Virus record (IMG/VR): IMGVR_UViG_3300045988_161114
Coordinates: 96,001 to 160,000 of that record
Source: a virus
Strand: one strand, 5' to 3'
DNA length: 64,000 nucleotides
The stretch's first letter is position 1, and every line of letters begins with the position of its first letter. The position numbers and the translations under genes were made by a program. The notes beneath the pieces were generated by a model. It was not told where the DNA came from. It saw nothing but the letters and a program-made list of their open reading frames with translations, and ran no database searches. Shown here piece by piece: positions 54,601 through 60,577 of this stretch.

Positions 54601-55048
54601 TTATACAATGGTTCTTGAAAATCGTGTAATTAATGCGATTAAACATGTGTCAGGTGGAGCTAGCTCTCATGCTGTCTTCTACCTCAAAAACATGACAAAA
54701 GACGACAAGAGTGTTAAAAAGGTAATTAAAAGTATCGAGAATGACTTAGGTTATTCAAGAGAAGTTGCCGTTTCTATTTGTCGTATTGTAAATTGGGCAG
54801 TTAATACCAATGCACTTGAAATGTGTAATAAGTTTTTACGCATGCACAATAAAGGTGCCCTAGTTGATCTAGGTGATGCGGATATTCAGATGTGGTTTAA
54901 ACACATTGTTGATTATACGTTCTTTGGCAGTATGCTTGCACCGATTTTTACCATTTATGGTCAAAGTCAAGGATTAATTCCTTTAGGCGAAAATGCAGAA
55001 AATAATGTGGCCGAAGTTATGGACACTTTTGACGCAATTGGTTTTTAA
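51662..55048 (+). CDS. single-chain two-barrel (beta-like + beta'-like) RNA polymerase candidate B (1128 aa)
   Basis: Beta-like AGNARITSQTGLKGVTKTM and IIDVDIVAGINSLKGKMNTIRLAQA. Beta'-like LRNPFLWRSQMIISQLW...HCALISTEIVRRSHSDNDGDLLQI, with the Asp triad at nt 54179-54193. Confidence 0.7.
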   Translation: MYIRLKDIPVIDADATVAEVYEIYSKQLPQDPRLNWKLLQDRIAMEIVNEISEPTTIEIPKSFYDLKLNWPEFLFATKHIDSSSDIELMSHHELMFMMLYERLESLFKYDQLFTELIRKDINYVKNHVLYVTSNAYNAALKESSELVIISPYNEYSKVLTYLHQDKVMGDALPMLFNPSDRAIKTSALYFNVLPGSESMLAESNKIIISKNGKEFQAPGFQVFKDENGGFVGYSSLFKVGQSLPARFKTHLNGNAFGVSNPSKFIFLQDAIEKDGELITKDNTLVDAVMVYNDIELESYRLVGGEIEVSPKVGKEIVFTPRHIETEFDEIDVKVGQTIYSKGGYIKIGSRGGEAIYIEMVDHIQVTSIEESGYNGSARIDYIAYYKAGNARITSQTGLKGVTKTMRSCGKIKIHEDGKEDKIIDVDIVAGINSLKGKMNTIRLAQAAFAFKYGYYTNDKDYLDSLNEEEINAAVASLPTATYEKRIKRVDGYDDEIIVIENVKYGLVQYSYTELGSHFAKIKNQGMSFNCLKYICQTTDSSLGQYILDNCIDKSDKQIVEELAKILSDEGHVFEYADNYPSYTLIELKSMFNEQDLILSRSAIIPTSSKLLDPEFNKGFYIDLSKVRSGTSIRVPSAEILNKFCGKQNDGQYVYPTMLIELSKIIRAAIAGPSQYFTIAPHRNERNHKRPSAWNGYLNAIKSMLYRTELGGQTYVKSLIQPSLKGVNLKQVHDKYVPEGKVVILDRNILESIREYIYGKPNNKTTEEAMLDQFRPLNAFTLRNPFLWRSQMIISQLWGIDEFNDYLQENYGMTVNDYLDVQGNLHCALISTEIVRRSHSDNDGDLLQISSIPGIEQQEMMAQFKLEYFTEDQKQWDEDFLLSEYSSIEDVDWSKKYELYYVPIYPKHPGDNAYMEFLCSSAMAKNAVGPGTNDAWVFYMLVQLYYGLARDNDPKSYVPWERKRKVQLRIKEEDLFTYDHIYTMVLENRVINAIKHVSGGASSHAVFYLKNMTKDDKSVKKVIKSIENDLGYSREVAVSICRIVNWAVNTNALEMCNKFLRMHNKGALVDLGDADIQMWFKHIVDYTFFGSMLAPIFTIYGQSQGLIPLGENAENNVAEVMDTFDAIGF

Positions 55049-55056
55049 AGCATAAG

Positions 55057-55100
55057 AAAGAGAGGCACGAAAGTGTCTCTCTTTTTATTTTTTTATTTTT
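55057..55100 (+). repeat. hairpin + T-tract cassette copy 19 / terminator after RNAP-B
   Basis: AAAGAGAGGCAC gaaa GTGTCTCTCTTT (GGCAC/GTGTC core with the same G-T), then TTATTTTTTTATTTTT. 30 nt upstream of ATG 55114. Confidence 0.75.
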
Positions 55101-55113
55101 AAAGGGAGACATT

Positions 55114-55356
55114 ATGTCAATTGTTTTTAATAAGTTGGATGTCGTTGCTACTGGTGAAAAACCATTGCAGATTATAACAGATACTGAATTTAATTCAGAA
55201 ATGGGAACTTGTTGTAGATGTCAAAAGGTTAAACCTTTATATGGTTTACCGTTTAATCGTTATGGTAGGAAATTTATTTGCTCCCAATGTTTGATTGAAT
55301 TTCAGCAATCCCGACTTCCGTTTTTAAAACTTATGCCTGTTAATTTAGGCGCATAG
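55114..55356 (+). CDS. zinc-ribbon protein (80 aa)
   Basis: AAAGGGAG RBS. CCRCQK...x19...CSQC. Confidence 0.7.
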   Translation: MSIVFNKLDVVATGEKPLQIITDTEFNSEMGTCCRCQKVKPLYGLPFNRYGRKFICSQCLIEFQQSRLPFLKLMPVNLGA

Positions 55357-55378
55357 GTTTTATTTAGAAAGGTTTGGT

Positions 55379-55771
55379 ATGGAACTTAGTCGTAAAAATT
55401 TAATTTATCGTTTTGTAAATTTGTATACAGAGCCTAATGAAAATTTCTGTATATTTGCACGTCAATTTTTTATTGGTATATTTTTAATTCTTGTCCTTAT
55501 AGCAGGAACTGCTGGAACTTTTGCATTTGCATATTTTAATGTAAATGCCATATCAGGATTCTTGTACTTTTTGAAATTCTTTTCAGTAATATCAACATTG
55601 ATCATACTTGTATTGGTTGTTATGTCTGTTTTATTTTTAGCTCTATATGTTTTGGCAGAAGGTAAAAATAAAATGGAAGAAACAGAATTTTATAAGGGAA
55701 TGTTATCAAAGATGACTCCCATTAAAAATAAGTACAGCAAATTATGTTGCAAAATCAAGTTTAAAGATTAA
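55379..55771 (+). CDS. membrane protein (130 aa)
   Basis: GAAAGG RBS. Two or three long hydrophobic segments. Confidence 0.7.
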   Translation: MELSRKNLIYRFVNLYTEPNENFCIFARQFFIGIFLILVLIAGTAGTFAFAYFNVNAISGFLYFLKFFSVISTLIILVLVVMSVLFLALYVLAEGKNKMEETEFYKGMLSKMTPIKNKYSKLCCKIKFKD

Positions 55772-55775
55772 TATA

Positions 55776-55806
55776 AAGGACCAGATATTTACTGGTCCTT
55801 CTTTTA
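55776..55806 (+). terminator. intrinsic terminator
   Basis: AAGGACCAG atattta CTGGTCCTT + CTTTTATTT. Confidence 0.75.
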
Positions 55807-55821
55807 TTTCTAGGCACTAAA

Positions 55822-56352
55822 ATGTATAAAGAGATTATTGTTTACAAAGATTGTAGTTTTGAATTGAAAATAAATGGCAACATTGTATATTCTATGTTTA
55901 TAAAAGATAAAAATGCAATGACCAGGACATATAGAGTTCTTGCTCCGCATGTTGATCGCATATGCAATATTTTGCTTTCATCAAATCTTAATGCACCATT
56001 ATTTAATATAAAGATTGATATGTTGCAACAAAGTAATACTACTGGATTAAAAGAATATTGTATTACCTTTAATTATCAAGATAAGAATTTAATCAATAAA
56101 GGGTATGGTAATCATCCGGATATTTTACTTGGTCCTCAATATTTCAGAGTAAAATCTGTTACTTGCCCAGAATTAAAAGCAGGTGAAGGAATTTTGTTTA
56201 CTTTAGGTGATAGGCTTAATCATAATTCTACAAAGTGTGTTATTCAACATGTTGCTACACAAGAAAAGCTATTCAGAACTGTAAAACGTCTTAATGAGAC
56301 ACCTGCTATTGAAATTATATTTAATCATTTGCAATATTATTCATTTGGATGA
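55822..56352 (+). CDS. tandem paralogue 1 of 4 (176 aa)
   Basis: Shares size, the N-terminal I-x-Y-x-x-x-K/x-F-x-I...I-V/I-Y-S/T-Y pattern and the C-terminal S-V-x-CPE...ILF..G motif with the next three ORFs. Confidence 0.7.
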   Translation: MYKEIIVYKDCSFELKINGNIVYSMFIKDKNAMTRTYRVLAPHVDRICNILLSSNLNAPLFNIKIDMLQQSNTTGLKEYCITFNYQDKNLINKGYGNHPDILLGPQYFRVKSVTCPELKAGEGILFTLGDRLNHNSTKCVIQHVATQEKLFRTVKRLNETPAIEIIFNHLQYYSFG

Positions 56353-56358
56353 TAAGGT

Positions 56359-56886
56359 ATGTTTGAAATAGTATATGAAGAAAATAAATATTTTGCTATA
56401 GAAAATAATTATAAAGTAATATATACATATCCTTCTAATATTAAAAATGAAGATATGGATATATCAAAACAGTATTTATATAGATTGAAATACGGTCTTG
56501 ATAATACTGAAGAATTGTCTTCTATTTTTTTAAAAATTGATTCAAATAAACCATTTTTACAATCTCTTCATTCAATTGATGGCGATCATATTAGTTTTCA
56601 AATTTTAAAGCAAAATGATTTTATTAGAGGTAGTTTTCTTTTGCCTATTTTTATAGGTAAAGAAAGATACGAAAAAATAAGTGTAGAAAGTGTTGCATGC
56701 CCTGATGTTAGTTTTAACAATATATATTTGCGTGGAACTAGCATAGATAGAGATAGAGTTAAGATATATAAAAAGATTAACCCTATTCAGGCAAAAATTG
56801 TAATGAAAATACTTGACGATTTAAATACAAAAAGTGTTCATCAGGTTTTCTTAGACTCATTAAGCGGAATGTATAAAAAGCTTTAA
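56359..56886 (+). CDS. tandem paralogue 2 of 4 (175 aa)
   Basis: MFEIVYEENKYFAIENNYKVIYTYPS...VESVACPDVSFNNIYLRGT. TAAGG RBS. Confidence 0.7.
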   Translation: MFEIVYEENKYFAIENNYKVIYTYPSNIKNEDMDISKQYLYRLKYGLDNTEELSSIFLKIDSNKPFLQSLHSIDGDHISFQILKQNDFIRGSFLLPIFIGKERYEKISVESVACPDVSFNNIYLRGTSIDRDRVKIYKKINPIQAKIVMKILDDLNTKSVHQVFLDSLSGMYKKL

Positions 56887-56897
56887 GGGAGACTATT

Positions 56898-57464
56898 GTG
56901 AGATTAGATATATTTTATAAAAAGGATAAATTCTTTTTTATAACACGAGATAAAGATATTATTTATATCTATCCTAGTGATTATATTTTGACTAAACAAG
57001 ATGTAGATACATCTATTCGGGTTTATAAAAACTATAATACGAGTGGCGACTTTTATGAATATGAAAATTTTATTAAAGCGATTTTATTTTGGGATAACAA
57101 TAAGAAGACTTTAGTTTCTAAACAATCATTTTATAAAAATAAAGATGATAAAAGTGATATAATTGAATTTGAATTAATCGAACAAGACTCTCTATTGTAC
57201 CAATTTTATTTTTCATTTGATACCGATATTGTTGGTGTAGAACGAATTATTTTTTCTTCTAGACTACATGTGGATATATATCCTTATGCTATATTTTTAA
57301 AAGGTACAAATAGTAATAATTGTGATACGAAAGCTAAGCATTACTTTTCTGATGAAAGATTAAAATCTGTCGCTAATGAAACGATAAGAGTTCTTGAATT
57401 AGCTAATAATCACCCTTTGCCTGAATTTGTATTTTTAACTTTATGTAAAGAAGCTTATAAATGA
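56898..57464 (+). CDS. tandem paralogue 3 of 4 (188 aa, GTG start)
   Basis: AAGGGAG RBS + GTG. MRLDIFYKKDKFFFITRDKDIIYIYPS... Confidence 0.65.
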   Translation: MRLDIFYKKDKFFFITRDKDIIYIYPSDYILTKQDVDTSIRVYKNYNTSGDFYEYENFIKAILFWDNNKKTLVSKQSFYKNKDDKSDIIEFELIEQDSLLYQFYFSFDTDIVGVERIIFSSRLHVDIYPYAIFLKGTNSNNCDTKAKHYFSDERLKSVANETIRVLELANNHPLPEFVFLTLCKEAYK

Positions 57465-57985
57465 GTTTTTCATTTTATGTAAAAAAGGATAAGGCATTTA
57501 AAGTAGCCTATAATGGTAAATTTATTTTTTCTTATTCCAAAGATGGGGTTGTAAATATTGAAGATTTTGATATGCAAATATTACCATCTTTTGGTTGGAG
57601 AGCTGTTACATTAATACAATTAGCTCTTAAAATGGGTATAAATGAAAAGTTTATCAATATTGGTTATCAATATGATGATTATGATGAAGGGCTTAGAATA
57701 AAAATTAATTATCAAAATGAAGCTGTTCGTGGATTATTGTTTGCATGTTATTACATTGATGGTCATAAAATTTATTTAAGATCTGCAAATAATCCTGAAA
57801 TTTCATTTGTTGGATATAATACTGTAGAATTTTTTGTAAGAGGAAAAGACCGATATGAAGATGATAGAGTAATCTTTTTGCCATGTTCTTGTGATAATGC
57901 AAGTAAAATAATTAAACATATTGATTTTCTTAATCATGCTACTATAGCTGAAATTTTATTAATGGATTTGTCAGCTAGATTTTAA
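57461..57985 (+). CDS. tandem paralogue 4 of 4 (174 aa)
   Basis: ATGA overlap with paralogue 3. MSFSFYVKKDKAFKVAYNGKFIFSYS... Confidence 0.7.
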   Translation: MSFSFYVKKDKAFKVAYNGKFIFSYSKDGVVNIEDFDMQILPSFGWRAVTLIQLALKMGINEKFINIGYQYDDYDEGLRIKINYQNEAVRGLLFACYYIDGHKIYLRSANNPEISFVGYNTVEFFVRGKDRYEDDRVIFLPCSCDNASKIIKHIDFLNHATIAEILLMDLSARF

Positions 57986-57998
57986 TAAGGATACTGTT

Positions 57999-58439
57999 AT
58001 GTCTTGTACTGTATATTTATACACAGATGGAGCATGCAAAGGCAATCCTGGTCCTGGAGGATGGGGATACCTTTTGAAATGTGGTGAAAAATCTATACAT
58101 GATTCTGGTTCTGAAAAGGACACTACGAATAATCGTATGGAATTAATGGCGGTTATTAATGGCTTATCTAAGCTTAACCAATTTTGTAATGTAATCATTT
58201 CTACTGATTCCCAATATGTTAAAAACGGAATGGAAGAATGGATACATAATTGGAAAAAGAATGGCTGGAAAGGTTCCAATAAAAAACCTGTTAAGAATGT
58301 TGATTTATGGCAAAGGCTTGATACTTTAGTTCAAAAATTTAATGTTTCTTGGGAATGGGTTAAAGGTCATTCCGGCCATACTGAAAATGAATTTGTTGAT
58401 ACTCTAGCTAGCAATGCAGCAGAATCAATTAAGGATTAA
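57999..58439 (+). CDS. rnhA: ribonuclease HI (146 aa)
   Basis: YTDGACKGNPGPGGWG...TNNRMELMA...STDSQYV...WIHNWKKNGW...KPVKNVDLWQRL...WEWVKGHSGHTENE is close to E. coli RnhA along its whole length. Confidence 0.9.
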   Translation: MSCTVYLYTDGACKGNPGPGGWGYLLKCGEKSIHDSGSEKDTTNNRMELMAVINGLSKLNQFCNVIISTDSQYVKNGMEEWIHNWKKNGWKGSNKKPVKNVDLWQRLDTLVQKFNVSWEWVKGHSGHTENEFVDTLASNAAESIKD

Positions 58440-58628
58440 TTATGTTTCGTAAATTTAAATTGTATATACTTATTAATCCTATTAATTGTATTGTTGAGTA
58501 TATTAAATATTTGAAAGGTAAGTATGCGCCGAAGAATAAATAAACATCAGTGCCAGCGTAGAAGAAATAATTGGTATATGTTGGAAAGAAAAAATAAATT
58601 GTTTTGGAAAACAAAACAATGTAGTATT

Positions 58629-58659
58629 AGCACTAAGGTTTAATACCTTAGTGCTTTTT
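58629..58659 (+). terminator. intrinsic terminator
   Basis: AGCACTAAGG tttaata CCTTAGTGCT (10 bp perfect) + TTTTT. Confidence 0.8.
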
Positions 58660-58698
58660 ATGTTTGTGAATAATATTTTTTATAAGAATAATAATAAG

Positions 58699-59970
58699 AT
58701 GGCAATAAACACTGAAGAATTAAGACCGTATGCATATACGGATAGACAAAGATTTATATTGGACGCTATTGATCAATATGGCGGACAATTGCCTGCTGCT
58801 AAAGCATTGAATATTTCAAATGGAACTGTATCATCCCATTTAGCTGCTATTAGAAGAGCTAAAGAAGAGGCAAATATAGACGAAGCAATTCGTTCTAGAA
58901 TTAATGTTAATAAAATAGCTAAGACTGCTAAAGTCCTTACTAGTGATACATATTCTTTATCTGACAAAGTAAAAGAAATTGAAGGCAAACTTTTTAAAAA
59001 AGATATGTCTAAAGCAGAATTTTTAAATTCTAAATCTTCATCTACTTTGTATGATGCAAATGGCAATGTAAAATTACAATGGATTAAAACAGATTCTAAA
59101 GAATCTGCTATTGCAGAAACGATTAAATCTGCAATGGAAGAGTTTTACAATTTTGCTAAACCGGTATCAATACCAGTAGTACCGCGCCCTATTGTTGAAA
59201 ATAAATTGTTAGCACAATATACCATTACTGATTATCATCTTGGTATGTTTGCTGATATGTTTGAAACTCATGAAGGTAAACCTTGGAATACTGATATTGC
59301 TACTGCTAAATTAGCTGAAGTATTTGACAGAATGGTTAATGCCGCTCCTTATACTGAAAGAGCTGTTATTAATATTCTAGGTGATTTCTTACACTATGAT
59401 AGTGAGAAACCCGTAACACCAGCACATGGTCATATATTAAGTGCAGATGCACGTCCTGGCAAATTAATTAGATTAGCTATTAAATTGGTTAATCATGCTG
59501 TAATGAAAGTATTAGAGAAAGCTGAAAATGTTACTCTTATAATTTCCCAAGGTAATCATGACCCAATAAGTTCCTTATGGTTACAAAATTGTTTTGCATT
59601 TATGTATTCTGAAGAAGAAAACGTAGAAGTTGTTGTAAACTCTACACCTTGGATTGCATATGAATGGGGCAACACATTACTTGCTTATCATCATGGTCAT
59701 AGAATTAAAAAGTTGAGTGATATTGCAGTTAAGATTCCTAATCTATTTGCAGTTGAATGGGGCAATACAATATATCGTTATTGCCATGTTGGTCATCACC
59801 ATCATCAACACATTGAAGAAGTTGGCGGCATAATTATTGAACGTCATCAAACACTAGCACCAAATGATGATTATGCTAGTGGAATGGGATTAACATCTCA
59901 GAGAGGTGCAAATCTTATTATTTATTCCCAAGATCATGGTGAAATTTCTAGGATGACATTCCGACCATGA
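58699..59970 (+). CDS. N-terminal HTH + calcineurin-like metallophosphoesterase (423 aa from ATG 58699)
   Basis: HTH-like PAAKALNISNGTVSSHLAAIRRA. Phosphoesterase motifs TDYHLG, LGDFLHYD, QGNHDP, YHHGH, VGHHHHQH in canonical order. Confidence 0.7.
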   Translation: MAINTEELRPYAYTDRQRFILDAIDQYGGQLPAAKALNISNGTVSSHLAAIRRAKEEANIDEAIRSRINVNKIAKTAKVLTSDTYSLSDKVKEIEGKLFKKDMSKAEFLNSKSSSTLYDANGNVKLQWIKTDSKESAIAETIKSAMEEFYNFAKPVSIPVVPRPIVENKLLAQYTITDYHLGMFADMFETHEGKPWNTDIATAKLAEVFDRMVNAAPYTERAVINILGDFLHYDSEKPVTPAHGHILSADARPGKLIRLAIKLVNHAVMKVLEKAENVTLIISQGNHDPISSLWLQNCFAFMYSEEENVEVVVNSTPWIAYEWGNTLLAYHHGHRIKKLSDIAVKIPNLFAVEWGNTIYRYCHVGHHHHQHIEEVGGIIIERHQTLAPNDDYASGMGLTSQRGANLIIYSQDHGEISRMTFRP

Positions 59971-60173
59971 AATATCAAACAACAAGTGAAGTATTGTGTT
60001 ATGATCCAAAAGAATATCCGCCGCCATTAAATACAAAAATATATTGTGTTTCAAAATATGGTGTAGGAAGACTTGGACATTGGGTTGAAGATTTTGATAT
60101 AGCATGGTATCCATTACCTAAACTACCTCAATCCGTTAAAGATTTAATTAACGAAAGATTGCTTAAAGCATAA
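59967..60173 (+). CDS. hypothetical protein (68 aa)
   Basis: ATGA overlap with the upstream gene. Confidence 0.6.
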   Translation: MKYQTTSEVLCYDPKEYPPPLNTKIYCVSKYGVGRLGHWVEDFDIAWYPLPKLPQSVKDLINERLLKA

Positions 60174-60194
60174 TCTTTTGTTCTTATTTTCAGT

Positions 60195-60226
60195 AAGCTG
60201 GTATTTAAAATGCCAGCTTTTATTTT
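60195..60226 (+). terminator. intrinsic terminator
   Basis: AAGCTGG (11-nt loop) CCAGCTT + TTATTTT. Confidence 0.65.
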
Positions 60227-60240
60227 ACTGTAATTTAAAT

Positions 60241-60507
60241 ATGATAGAATATTTATTAGGATTTTTCGTTACATTCTGTATTTTATTTGGGGCATTTATT
60301 GCAGCTTATAAAAACGGAAAAATTAAATATTATGCAAAATATAATGAAAAAGATAAGATTATAGAAATCTCATTTCTTATAGTTTGTTTTATCGTATTAT
60401 CTTTCATATGGCCATTATCAGCTTTTATTTTATTAGCTCTTTTGCTATTGTTTTTATTTTATAAAGTTATTGTCTTTATTGCAATTTCAATAGTTAAAAG
60501 GTTTTAA
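60241..60507 (+). CDS. membrane protein (88 aa)
   Basis: ATG 60241 lies after the terminator. Three hydrophobic segments. Confidence 0.6.
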   Translation: MIEYLLGFFVTFCILFGAFIAAYKNGKIKYYAKYNEKDKIIEISFLIVCFIVLSFIWPLSAFILLALLLLFLFYKVIVFIAISIVKRF

Positions 60508-60577
60508 TGTTTTATTTTAGTATAGTATTTTTATATACTATTTATTTTTCATTTCATTTTTTATAAAGGGATTAAAC

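Noticed and set aside
36522-55100. The repeated hairpin units might be a CRISPR array or a MITE-like mobile repeat.
   Set aside because: Units are separated by whole genes (0.1-4 kb, variable), not by 30-40-nt spacers. Each sits at a fixed distance upstream of an RBS and carries a T-tract. There are no cas genes and no target-site duplications.
58442-58643. Two tiny ORFs (33 aa, and a very basic 39 aa: MRRRINKHQCQRRRNNWYMLERKNKLFWKTKQCSISTKV) lie between rnhA and the terminator.
   Set aside because: The RBSs are only weak, and the second runs into the terminator stem. The composition is consistent with chance ORFs in AT-rich spacer, so I did not list them as features.
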